From Haliotis rufescens (taxonomy: Eukaryota), in contig NW_025963802.1 of the NCBI RefSeq assembly GCF_023055435.1, forward strand, positions 32,550,001 to 32,614,000: DNA of 64,000 nucleotides, given 5' to 3'. Of this stretch, positions 37,225 through 50,322 are shown piece after piece (positions within the stretch are counted from its first letter, which is position 1; each line of letters opens with the position of its first letter). The translations under genes were made by a program, and so were the position numbers. The notes beneath the pieces were generated by a model. The model saw only the letters and a list, made by a program, of their open reading frames with translations, was not told where the DNA came from and ran no database searches.

Positions 37225-39740
37225 GCCATGTAGATAACTCATACCCACGATATATGATGTAGATAACCCCTACCCACGATATATGATGTAGATAAGCCCA
37301 TTCCTCGATATATGATGTGGATAAGCCCAACCCACGATGTAGATCACCTCTAGCCACGATATATGATTTAGATCACGTCTAGCCACGAGATAGGATGTCG
37401 ATAACCCCTAGCCACGATATATGATGTAGATAAACCCTACCCACGATATATAATGTAGATACCCTCAAGCCACGATAAATGATGTAGATACCATCAAACC
37501 ACGATATATGATGTAGATAACCCCTACCCGCGATATATGATGTAGATAACCCCTACCCGCGATATATGATGTAGATAACCCCTACCCACGATATATGATG
37601 TAGATAACCCTACCCACGATATATGATGTAGATAACCCCTACCCGCGATATATGATGTAGATAACCCCTACCCGCGATATATGATGTAGATAACCCCTAC
37701 CCACGATATATGATGTAGATAACCCCTACCCACGATATATGATGTAGATAAACCCTACCCACGATATATAATGTAGATATCCCTACCCACGATATATGAT
37801 GTAGATAAACCCTCAAGCCACGATATATGATGTAGATATCCCTACCCACGATATATGATGTAGATAACCCTACCCACGATATATGATGTAGATAAGCCCA
37901 ACCCACGATATATGATGCAGATAAGCCCAACCCACGATGTAGATCACCTCTAGCCACGATATATGATGTAGATATCCCTACCCACGATATAGGATGTAGA
38001 TAACCCTACCCACGATATATGATGTAGATAAGCCCAACCCACGATATATGATGCAGATAAGCCCAACCCACGATGTAGATCATCTCTAGCTGCGATATAT
38101 GATGTAGGTCACCTCCAGTCACGATATAGGATGTAGATAACCCCTACCCACGGTATATGATGTAGGTAAACCCTACCCACGATATATGATGGAGATAACC
38201 CCTACCCACGATATATGATGTAAATAACCTCTAGCCACGATATAGGATGTTGATAAACCCAACCCACGATATATGTGCGGGAATATACCCCTACCCACGA
38301 TATATGATGTGGATACCCTCAAGCCACGATATATGATGTAGATAACCCCTACCCACGATTTATGATGTAGTTAACCCCTACCCACGATTTATGATGTAAA
38401 TAACTTCTAGCCATGATATAGGATGTAGATAAACCCAACCCACGATATATGATGTAGATACCATGAAGCCACGATATATGATGTAGGTAACCACTACCCA
38501 CGATATATGATGTAGATACCCCCTGGCCATGGTCAATGATGCAGATAAGCCAAACCCACGATATATGATGTAGATAACCCCTACCCACGATATATGATGT
38601 AGATAAACCCTACCCACGATATATAATGTAGATATCCCTACCCACGATATATGATGTAGATAAACCCTCAAGCCACGATATATGATGTAGATATCCCTAC
38701 CCACGATATATGATGTAGATAACCCTACCCACGATATATGATGTAGATAAGCCCAACCCACGATATATGATGCAGATAAGCCCAACCCACGATGTAGATC
38801 ACCTCTAGCCACGATATATGATGTAGATATCCCTACCCACGATATAGGATGTAGATAACCCTACCCACGATATATGATGTAGATAAGCTCAACCCACGAT
38901 ATATGATGCAGATAAGCCCAACCCACGATGTAGATCATCTCTAGCTGCGATATATGATGTAGGTCACCTCCAGTCACGATATAGGATGTAGATAACCCCT
39001 ACCCACGGTATATGATGTAGGTAAACCCTACCCACGATATATGATGGAGATAACCCCTACCCACGATATATGATGTAAATAACCTCTAGCCACGATATAG
39101 GATGTTGATAAACCCAACCCACGATATATGTGCGGGAATATACCCCTACCCACGATATATGATGTGGATACCCTCAAGCCACGATATATGATGTAGATAA
39201 CCCCTACCCACGATTTATGATGTAGTTAACCCCTACCCACGATTTATGATGTAAATAACTTCTAGCCATGATATAGGATGTAGATAAACCCAACCCACGA
39301 TATATGATGTAGATACCATGAAGCCACGATATATGATGTAGGTAACCACTACCCACGATATATGATGTAGATACCCCCTGGCCATGGTCAATGATGCAGA
39401 TAAGCCAAACCCACGATATATGATGTAGATAACCCCTACCCACGATATATGATTTGGATAACCCCTCGCCACGATATTTGATATAGATAACCCCTACCCA
39501 CGATTTATGATGTAGTTAACCCCTACCCACGATTTATGATGTAAATAACATCTAGCCATGATATAGGATGTAGATAAACCCAACCCACGATATATGATGT
39601 AGATACCATGAAGCCACGATATATGATGTAGGTAACCACTACCCACGATATATGATGTAGATAACCTCTAGCCACGATATTTGATATAGATAACCCAAAC
39701 CCACGATATATGATGTAGATAACCTCTAGCCACGATATGG
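37225..39740. repeat. 29-bp minisatellite (CCACGATATATGATGTAGATAACCCCTAC)n with an 855-bp higher-order duplication
   Basis: Monomer period 29; identical ORF translations offset by 855 bp. Confidence 0.97.
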
Positions 39741-40299
39741 AGTGCTAGTTGTGACTGTATTTACCCCATAGAAAACATACATGCACATAGTGTCGGGTAA
39801 TCCAGCAGTTAAATCGTTTGCGTGTCTCGCTGAAGTTCCGGGGTCGATTCCTAACATAGTGTTTGAAGTCTATGCGTGGCGTTCCACCGCTGGTTCATAT
39901 GCATCACTTTACGTGCTGCTAAATGACAGGTAGTGCAGTAGCACTATTGTATTCAACGTATTCTAATCAATATTGTTTATAAACTACGTACCCGCGAAAT
40001 ATCAAAGGAAACAGATTAAACCATTGCGTGACAGTGCACCGTGTTAGTAGACACGAACAAGGAGCGATCCTATAAATACATAGACGATATCCTGCCCGAC
40101 CGGGGTGTTTTCATTGTGCGCAATACTGAGAAATGGTGATCGTGCTCAAGTAATCACCATGATGGTAAATAAAGTAGTATGATAATCAAGTACGATGTAT
40201 ATAAATTATCATTTTTTTCTGAGATCTAATTACTTTCTACTTTATATGTGAAACCAAACTTTTATTCTGAGAGGGGGCATGGATTTTGTTTTGTTAGAC

Positions 40300-41305
40300 A
40301 TAGATTTCCCCGCGTCTCGATGTGAGAGGGGGTCGAGGAATCGATGCTGTCCGTCCGTCACGGTTTTTTTTTCTGGGGTAAAACTCAAAGTCCGTCCAAT
40401 ATTTAATATTTTTTTCAAACTGTGCGCAGATGTCAACTCAACCTTGAACTGGTGCCTTTTGCTATTTAGGTATGTTTGACATACTTATTTTCTCCGGTTT
40501 CTATGGCAACAAATTGGAACCAAAGGTTGCAGTCAATGAAAGATTCCTTTCCAGAACATAATAAACCATTTTGTATGTCCAAATTTACAAAAGAATGGCA
40601 TTATAACTTGGGAACTGGAACGTTTGTTCTGAATAAAAAAAACACATCGGTATTGGCATTGTAACCAGGAAATTTTGAACTGCGGAAATCCGCTCTGAGA
40701 CAAACATGGCATTTTTTTTATAACCAGTGTGGCATTATAACCAGGGTAGCATTATTACCAGGAAAATTTGCTCTGCGGAAATCCGCTGTGAGACAAACAT
40801 GGCATTATAACCAGTGTGGCATTATAACCAGAATAGCATTATTACCAGGATAGTATTATTACCAGGGTAGCATTATTACCAGGGAACTTTGGACTGCGGA
40901 AATCCCTTCTGAAACAAACATAGCATTTTAACCAGTGTAGCATTATTAACCAGGGTAGCATTATTGCCAGGGTAGCATTATTACCAGGGAACCTTGCACT
41001 GCTGAAATCCGTTCTGAGATAAACATGGCATAAAAACAAGGGGCATTATAACCAGGGAACCTTGGACTGAGGAAATCCGTTCTGAGACAAACATGGCATT
41101 TAAACCAGTGGAGCATTATTACCAGGGAACCTTGGACTGAGGATATCCGTTCTGAGACAAACATGGCATTATAACCAGTGGAGCATTATTACCAGGGAAT
41201 CTTGGACTGTGGAAATCCGTTCTGAGACAAACATGGCATTATAACGAGGGGCATTACAACAAGGGAGGATTGCACTCATTTATAAATCAAGTGGTGAACT
41301 GGTGA
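40300..41305. mobile_element. Probable Helentron-associated (HINE-like) element with internal ~70-bp tandem repeats at 40655-41265
   Basis: Subterminal hairpin, (GTCC)n seed, TCTGAGACAA at 41081, 41151 and 41221. Confidence 0.5.
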
Positions 41306-43064
41306 TGTTTTTGGATTCTTTATTGTTTAAATTTCATTTGACTTTTTCCCTTGTCATGGGCTTTTTTGTTACACTCAATACAAAGTATCATAGGTCGGGG
41401 ATGTGACTATACCATGCTTGTAGCAACAGCCAGTGAACAATTATTGTTTTAAGTACAATTGGAGGCACAAAAATGTTTTTCCAGTATTGACCGTTTCAAC
41501 CTGGTTAAACATTACTATCTGCAGTTACAAAGAAACCTCATTATCTCGAGATACTGTGGCCAGAGACCGTGTCGAATTATCCGTGGTTCGAGAGCTAGTT
41601 TACATTGTACCGATAATGATTAGGCTTGGATTATATTATAACTGAGGAGGATTCATTAATTATTGTTTACTGTTGTTGTGTTGACGTCGGACTCAGCAAA
41701 ATTCCAGGTATATGACAATGGCCTGTAAAATATGGACCAGGCAACCCGGTGAGTGATATTATAAGCAACAACTCACGGTACGTAGACACGCAATCAACCA
41801 CGTCAACGACCAACCGATCCTTTTAGTCGCTTCCTTCAGAGGATACCACAACAAGCATTGGCTGCTGAAGACCATCTTCCTGAGGCAAGGGTGTTAACTG
41901 ACTATAAAGTCAATTTCCAACCTTGCTTGGAATATTGCTCAGCGCGGCGTAAAACCATACTCACTCCACAATGATGATTGTATGTGTATTCACGTGTGAA
42001 TCCCCTTTGAACAAAGTGTGAATTGCTTTTGAACGAGAAACCTTTTATTTGTGTTAGAACATTTGAGCTTTATCCTTCAAAATGTCATTCTATTTTTTCA
42101 CAATGATATACCCCGCCGTGATATTGCTGGAATATTGCTAAAAGCGGCGTAAAACCATACTCACTCACAATGATATAACCCTTTGCAACGATAATTCTTA
42201 AATATTCTTATTGTGTCTGTTATTATGTCTGTTATTTTATGGTATTGTGAAGCATTGTGAACCGTTAGTTTGATGTTGCAGTGGCATTTAGTAATTCTGT
42301 TGAATTATATTCCCTTTGTAAACAATTATAGCCAGCTTTTCATTTACAACGCTCCCCACGTATCTCGATGGCCTTTGGTTGAACTCATTAATGCAATTGT
42401 CATGTTTACATGTCTGTGATTAACTGGATGAAGTCGCTGTTAGTTTATTAATTGAAGTCTGTTTCAGCCCTAATGAAGGAAATCTTATTAATTTGTCCCT
42501 AGTTCCACATCAGAAAGAATGATGACGTGAACGGCTTAACAAGAGCCAGCCATGGCTAATGGACTCCACATTCTAGCTTTCTGTCTGTCGTGAATGGGTT
42601 ATGAAGTTTGCTACCAATTCAAACACTTCATTTGCACACGTTTCTGGCTCAATTTAATTATTAATTAATTTCGCATTTCTATTAATTTCATGACAGTGGA
42701 ATTTAATAATATTCTATCAGAGTTGTTGCCAGTGATTCGAGTGCGATGTCGTGGTTGGGTTTTCGAAAGCTTGTTTGCGACATGATGTCGATAATAATGT
42801 TTGTTTGTCGTCACAGAATACAATTTAATTGCGGTAAATAAATATAAATATTTTCGAATTAAAAGGTTTTACAAAATATTATGAAAGTTATCAGATGTGT
42901 TCATATAAATAAGAATTAGAATTTACGTTAACACGATAAGGCTAAATGAAAAGGTAAGACTGAAAGGTGTCAATAAACATGTTTATAGACGTTTTCAGAA
43001 GGTTTTTTATCTAATAAGTAAGCGTGTGCAAGTCTGTGACCCATACTGAATATCTTAGGAGATG

Positions 43065-43346
43065 AGTGAGTGAGTGAGTTGGGTTTAACGCCGCTTTTAA
43101 CAGTATTCCAGTTATATCACGGCGTGTCAGCTTAATGTGGGAGGAAAGCCCGAAGTGATGCAGGTCTCAGACGTTTACCACTTCGGTGAAACCCACTAGC
43201 ACGGGTATGGCGCTGACAAACCTAGAAACATAATCAGGGCGAACCTGGATTCGAACCCACAATCATAGGTTTCTGGCGTGCCCAAGGTACGCAACTCTGC
43301 ACAGCGAATGGCGACGCCTTAGACGACTGGGCCACCCGTGCCCCCC
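43065..43346 (-). mobile_element. SINE family A, full length
   Basis: Reverse complement of 33863-34145; diverged 12-bp TSD. Confidence 0.92.
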
Positions 43347-43879
43347 TCTAAGAAGATGCATTTTAAAACAGTACATTCAGGTTAGGCATTCGTCTTGGGT
43401 CATGGAATTAGAGTTTGAAAGTTTAAATTTTTTTTATCTCTTCCTTTGGAAGGGACGAATTAAACATGCACTCCAATATACACACTATCACGGCTTATCT
43501 AGTTTATAACCTATCTGGTCATCTAGTTTATTTAATGCAAGTAAATTATCTAATTTTTGTATCATTTATTTCTATCGATTTCCGACTTGGTTGCTTTTAT
43601 TCCATTAACTGAGGCAATTTGTTCCATACATCTGGTCAGATCATTGTCATTCCTGCTAATTACGCATCGCATTAATCGTCCTATAATTATGGGCATGTGT
43701 CGTCCAACATAAAAACATCGTGGGTTCATTTGAGGGCGTAACCTCCATATTTCCAAGGTTGTTTCAATTTAACTGTTTACCAACATGAACTACCAACTTC
43801 TAACGTTATTAAACTGGCTCGTTATTCTACGATGTATTTACTAACTGTGCGCTTAACCCTTTCACACCATCATGGGTTT

Positions 43880-44355
43880 GACGGGTTCACAACGGTCTAA
43901 GGCTCCGCAATTCGCAGAACAAAGTTGCCTCCCTTAGGCGATGCAGGAACCGACGGTTCTAATGTTTCTAGGTTTCTAGGTTTCAGCACTATACCCGTTT
44001 TCGAGGGTTTCATAAGTGATAATTGTCTAAGCCCTGCCTGACTTCAGGCTTTCCTCCAACGTCAAAACACGCCGTGATGTTCCTGAAATTCTGTTCAAAG
44101 CGGCGGTAAATCAAACTCAATCACTCTGTTATCTCCTCGTTATAACCGACTTCGATACATCCCAGTGTTGTTTTACGACGCTTGCAGGGAAATTAGAGTA
44201 CAATGAAACCACACGCATTCTGCTGATCAACCTAAAAACATAATACTTGCGAACCGAGATTCACGCCCACGATCATAGGTTTCTGGTAGGTCTAAGGGAC
44301 GTAACTCTAAACAGCGAATTCCGGCTCCTATGTTGACTGTCCCATCTGCGCCCCC
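43880..44355. mobile_element. Two old, convergent SINE family A relics
   Basis: Diverged head and tail motifs: + at 43880-44125, - at 44220-44355. Confidence 0.6.
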
Positions 44356-45914
44356 TCTACAGTCAAAATGGCTTATTCCCATACACACATCCTATTTATT
44401 CTTTGTGCTTTCAAAAAGCTAAAAAAAGGTACAGCATTCAAAATACCATCGGTTCCGTCAGTGACAGGGCTTAGCCGAGTGGATAGAGCGTTCGTTCGTC
44501 ACGTCGATGGACCGGGTTCGATTCCAAACACGGTTTCCCGAGTGATATTTCTGAGATATTCCTTAAGGCTCCGTAAAACCATACTAGCTCATTACAATAG
44601 TGACAACAGTGACAATAATTTCAGACTAATACTACATCCGGAATATGTCTCAGAATATATAAAGTTCTTTGCGAGCCTGCCAGTACTTAATTGACATTAA
44701 CTTGGTTATCGTGCCCAACAGGGCACTTTAAATCGCAGTAACTAATCAAGAACTCGCGTAGCTTAGCTTTTCAGGCTTCAAGTGGTTTACAATTGGTTCT
44801 CACATGTGCACGCTTTCTCGTTGACGTCACTCTGTGCCAAACACCGCCTTTCCCTCTGTTTATGGTTGTCTCGTGTTGTTTACCGTTACTTGTACAACCC
44901 GTCTCTGGTTCATTGGATGCAACTTGAACAAAACATGTGACGTGAACAGGGTGTAAATGTTTTTCTTGAACCTTGAGCGAATGTGTTTATGTCCATCGAC
45001 ACAAGCTCCGTTGCCAGGAAATCGCAGATTGGTATCCAGTGTAAATATTATTATGTGACGTTTGTTCTGTTTCTCTGATGCTTAGTGCTTGGACAAAAAA
45101 GGGTTATATTTTGACTTTCTATGTTGAATGCAGTTGTTCAGTGAAGGATGGGTTAATATTTGCCAAGTAACTGTTATCGAGAAAGTTTGAATGAGGTTTG
45201 TTCCCTACAACTCAATTTCTGAATACAGATTTAAGTCGTTTTGAATGGTTTTACACGCCCATTTCAACCTTAAATCTTGAACCAAAGATTTGGGGGGTTG
45301 GGGGAGATTTCTCTATTTTTTTGCATATTCTAGCATCAGGTTATGGACGGATAAACATGTGAAGTGGGGTGTGGGGTGTAGGGTTGGGGGTTGGGGTAGT
45401 GTGTGTGTGGGTGTAGGGGTGATATTTTTGGGTGGGGTGCACATTATACACATTATACACTATGTTATGCACTATTTTTTTCAGTTAGTGAAAGTTTCCC
45501 TACTTTTTTTGCATATTCTTGATTAATGTAATGAATGGATAGACATGACACATGCGGGGTGTAGGTGTGGGTGTGGGTGTGGTGGTGGGGGTAGGTGGTT
45601 GGGGTTTGGGCTTTGGTATGGGTGTGGGTGTGTGGGTGTGGTGGGTTCGTGGGTTGGGAGGGGGGGGGGGGGGGCGCACATTATACACGTAAATGTTAAG
45701 CATTATTTTTTCAGTTAGTGATACAATTTAAGCTTTTGAGAGTAAATTGAAGTTTCTCTACTCGAACTCGAGAATTCAGTGTTGAGAGCGAACACTTTAA
45801 CCCGTAGGTTATTCTACCGTAACAGACAGATTTGTGAGCACCATATTTTGGTTGTCTACAGAAAAGCCCGGTTCGATTCCTGACGTGTGATATTTATTTT
45901 ATTTTTGGATTTTT

Positions 45915-46328
45915 ATAATCATGCAACCTCGAACAGGTTAACACGACAGCTGCCGGCTTCAAAATTGAATCCGTCAAAATCATCGTCCATCTCTCACTTC
46001 AATGGGTCATTTAAACTGGAGAGACTTTACATTGCCCTTGGGAAGAACTGCAATGAGCCATCGAGTAGACATTCCAGAATGTTCTTTTGTTCAGTTCTTA
46101 ATCGAGAATTTTTTCAAAGCGTAGTCTGGAATGGAAGTCGACAGTTTGAAACTAGTGCCGTATACCTCTGGAAGGCCGCTTTCTGATTGGCCATTGTCGA
46201 CTTCCTGTCATGCTCATTTCATTGGTCGGTCAAAGTTCGCGAAACGTGGTTCTGACGTGACCTGTAATGGGAGGTCCTCAAATATTTGTTTGCGATAGCG
46301 AGCACTCAGGTCTAATTTGAAGGAGATC
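45915..46328 (-). mobile_element. Second, diverged AcademH-like fragment (one TIR plus RecQ Q-motif/Walker A remnant)
   Basis: Homologous to 9410-9770; minus strand reads DYALKKFSI / LRTEQKNILECLLDG / IAVLPKGNVKSL across frameshifts. Confidence 0.7.
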
Positions 46329-46378
46329 GGTCACTTTGATTAAAAGATATATTCACGTTCCCAACAGCGGTTTTCAAC

Positions 46379-46532
46379 ATCGGTTGGGTAGCCTAGTGGT
46401 TAAAGCGTTCGCTCATCACGCCAAAGGCTCGTGTTCGATTGCCCAGATGGGTACAATGTGGGAAGCCCGTCTTCCGCCGTGATATTGCTTGAATATTACT
46501 AAAAGCGGCGGAAAACCATATTCACTCACTTA
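46379..46532 (+). mobile_element. SINE family B copy
   Basis: tRNA boxes and shared tail. Confidence 0.85.
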
Positions 46533-47254
46533 CTATGAACAAAAGGCTGACTGACGCACTGCTTAAAGACGCACATTGTGATTGTACTTTTAACATTCGT
46601 TCGTAACCATAAAAGACAACTTAAATCATTTAACAAACACTTCAAAGGGTGATCTTCCTGGCGAAAACAAAATAAACCCCCACCGGGTTAGAGAAATATT
46701 AGTAATCAAATGCCACTATGTTTCCTCTCACTGAGCGTGCTTAACCGCGGTGGATCGATTAAGGAGTAAAAGCATGTAGATTTAGCCCGTACACAACGTA
46801 TGCCATTACCCGCTTGCTGTCGCTAATGTTGCGCTTAACGCGTGTTATACGCAATAAATGGACATGTTTTTCATCACAAGAATCGGATTTCTGTCGTCCA
46901 GGCTTTTATTCTCACCAATCCCTCTAATTTAAAGAAATTAAAAAGATGTTTGCAACTAATGGGTAATTTGGAGTATGGTACAACCTCGTTTTTTTCTCTA
47001 TTTTTTTTATCGGTTCTATTTCAGGCCAGGGTATCGCATTACTTTGGTAATTGTTCTAAATAAAAATATAAAATACTTACTAAAATCAGCTATTTAAGTC
47101 AAAGAAAATCAAATTTGAACTAATATATTATGACTTCATATTCTGTTTGAATGGCCGATGTCGATATTCACTCGTCCAATCAAGTATTATAAATCTACAA
47201 TAGCCATTTGCCCCATCATAGAATAAGTACTAATATTTCATGTTTTTATATCCG

Positions 47255-47557
47255 CTGGTCACTCCGAAGTCCCGGGTTCGATTCCCCATATGGGTACAAT
47301 TTGTGAAGCCCATTTCTGGTGTCCCTCGCCGTGACATTGCTAAAAGCGGCGTAAAACCATATTCATTCCCTCGTGCTATTGCAAATACATAACTGTAAGA
47401 GTGAGTTGATATTGTTTTAAGCCGCTGATGAATGTTCCAGCAATATCACGGCGGGGAACACCAAACATGGTCTTTACTCAAGGAAACCCTGTTGGGAATC
47501 GAACATAGGTCTTCAGGTTGACAAGTGAACGCTTTAACCACTAGACTAGCCACTACC
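47255..47557. mobile_element. Two SINE family B copies, tail to tail
   Basis: + copy at 47255-47372, - copy at 47400-47557. Confidence 0.8.
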
Positions 47558-48207
47558 AACCGTTTACAAATGTGATACAGTGTGTACCAGAAATAACAAG
47601 ACAATTCTCCTAGATAATAGATACACGATTACTGGGCTAATGTGTAATTATCTATTCAATCGAAGTCCAAATATCAAGTTTCAACCACACTTATTATTAA
47701 TAAATGATGATTAAATTGAATTTTCAGCAACCTTAATGTACTTATTCGACGTGAAATGGTTCTAGAGCATCAACAGCCAGGCCTAAAACCTCCCATAAAT
47801 TGCAAGCTATTTGTATTAATTCTGAACAAGGGATTCTTTTTACACATGTGACAGTGTATCACTACATGTATGTCATAGATATATAGTAATGAAATTAACA
47901 CCTCGTAGGCGTGTGATGATTCTCGACCTGTTATTAAAACCAGTCAATACCAATCACCACCATCTTGCTGACATTTCCAATAATCGACCAGGTTGTAATA
48001 ACTGTTTACGATGCTGTCCGTACACTGCCCCCTTCACTCATGTCTGTGGTTCTGGGGGATGTGTGTGTTTGTGTGGTGGGGGAGTGGGGAGGGTGCTTCT
48101 TTGTGTTCATCTAGGTTCTTTTTACCATACATACGTTTTATAGTTATTGACACATGTCTGTTTCGATCATTTTAACACAGTTAATCGTCGTCAGTCATAT
48201 ATTCTGT

Positions 48208-48435
48208 NNNNNNNNNNNNNNNNNNNNNNNNNNNNNNNNNNNNNNNNNNNNNNNNNNNNNNNNNNNNNNNNNNNNNNNNNNNNNNNNNNNNNNNNNNNNN
48301 NNNNNNNNNNNNNNNNNNNNNNNNNNNNNNNNNNNNNNNNNNNNNNNNNNNNNNNNNNNNNNNNNNNNNNNNNNNNNNNNNNNNNNNNNNNNNNNNNNNN
48401 NNNNNNNNNNNNNNNNNNNNNNNNNNNNNNNNNNN
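48208..48435. other. Assembly gap
   Basis: N run. Confidence 1.
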
Positions 48436-49244
48436 GCATCAATTGGTGTAGTTTACCGCCTGTTTTCTAATGTGAGGTAGATTTTATTCCCATGTTTCGT
48501 TAAGTTAATCCGGACGACTTCACTGAGAACGGTATAGTCTGGATTAGTGAGGTTTCAATATATATCTCATACACACTTATGTGTTGACGTTGCGCGTCCT
48601 GACAGATGAAACGTCCTGAACTGTGTGCACTAAGAAATCTAACGCTACTTTAAGCCAGTCCTGTACTATCACGCCTGGGGGAGGATGACAACAAAATTAG
48701 GTTAAACATTGTCTTAGGGAGTCGAATTCCAACTTTTATATAAATCAAAGTGTTGACGTTTGGGCTTTCTGACAGATGAAACGGCGAGTGGTTTATTCTT
48801 CCTGCAATGTTTTATTTACGATAAACAACTCCCAATCGTCGTTTATTTCTTATATGAGACATCAACATTATGTACAACCTCTTTAAGAATTTCAATAATT
48901 TGTGCATGATTTGAAAACAATTACCAATTTAAATAATGATGACTCCCCAATTACAATCAGACCTCAGCAATGACGGACAAGTCAATTTTATGTAAGGGGG
49001 TAGGGGGTGGTTATCTGCACCTTTTATCCCAATACCGATTGTCATATCGTTATACCGATCGTATTGCCCATCCCAACCCATCTGGTTTTACGCCGCTTTT
49101 AGCAATATTCCAGCAATATCACGGCGGGGGACACACATTGACATGCATGCCCTAAAAATGCATACCCAGGAAATCAAAAGTGCTACTCATAGATAGGTAA
49201 CTTCCTTAGAGGGACACGACTGAGAACCCACTTAAGGTTATTGT

Positions 49245-49357
49245 GAGTGAGTGAGTGAGTATGGTTTTACGCCGCTTTTAACAATATTCCAGCACTATCA
49301 CGGCGTCTTTGGCGTGACGAGCGAGCGCTTTAACCACAAGGCTACCCGACCGCCCCA
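49245..49357 (-). mobile_element. SINE family B, internally deleted
   Basis: Head joined directly to tail. Confidence 0.8.
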
Positions 49358-50322
49358 GCTACATTTTTGAGGAAAAACGCAATAGACACGTTCCTCTAAA
49401 AAATAACGTCGTCCTGTTTACGACATCATCAAGTAGCGGGCGCATGATCGAATCTCCGGGAATGACGTCATTATAGAACAATGTTTTACCGTGAAATAAA
49501 CAATCCTTCGTATTTCATTGTTCTTTGCGATTTATCGCGAAGCTATCTTATATGCGCATATATTGGCCTTTGGGTTTAATATGGAATTTAGTTTTTATTA
49601 GAGATAGACTATTTTTTCTGTCATTGCTTAAAAACAACGAACACTTTTGTGTTGTATATACGTCTTTGTTCCGTGTAATGTTTTTTTCTGCATTTAACAT
49701 TAATATTTCATTCTGGATATGCGGGAAATTTGATTTTAGTGTGTGGGTGGTCTATTACGTCAATCGCAATGAAAGTTATGTATTACCTCCATCAAGGAAT
49801 GCAGTTGATAATTGGCACGCCCATACATAAAAATAAAAAAACCAAATGAAAACAAATCATTAAAAATATATGTACCTGAAAATGTAGATGAATCAGATGA
49901 AAGGTTTTGCTATTCTTACCAACAAATAAAATTGTTCTGCCCCGTGAAACCTCGTTAATGCGATTGTTGTTAGTGCGGAAACCTTAATTTTCGGGCGATT
50001 ACATTAATTATTTATAAACGTTTACATGAATACAAAGAGACATTACTTTGGGCAAATAATCGTCAATCTGAAAACTGGTTAATCCGGGCGGTTTTGCTGA
50101 AAACTTATCGTCCTGATTAACAAGGTTTTACTGTGTTTCGACAATGTTTCAACGCTATCAGGCTTGTAGTCGAGAACGAACGTCGGCATAAATCTATAAA
50201 GAGTATTGCACATAAGATCTGAACTAAACTGTATTTCCGTTTTAAGATAACCCTCTGAATGTTTTAAAGGAATATTAAATTTTAATTCGTTTATTTTCAG
50301 AAATAAACCGATTCCTGAGGTC

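Noticed and set aside
40497-40510. Perfect RFX X-box GTTTCTATGGCAAC (another at ~32699)
   Set aside because: The 40497 site lies inside a probable repeat element and neither is near a supported transcription start
45290-45725. G-rich tracts with G-quadruplex potential in a ~200-bp direct repeat pair
   Set aside because: Ordinary low-complexity GT/G sequence with no evidence of function
48585-48790. Two CTGACAGATGAAACG motifs
   Set aside because: No stem II between the boxes; only a short diverged direct repeat
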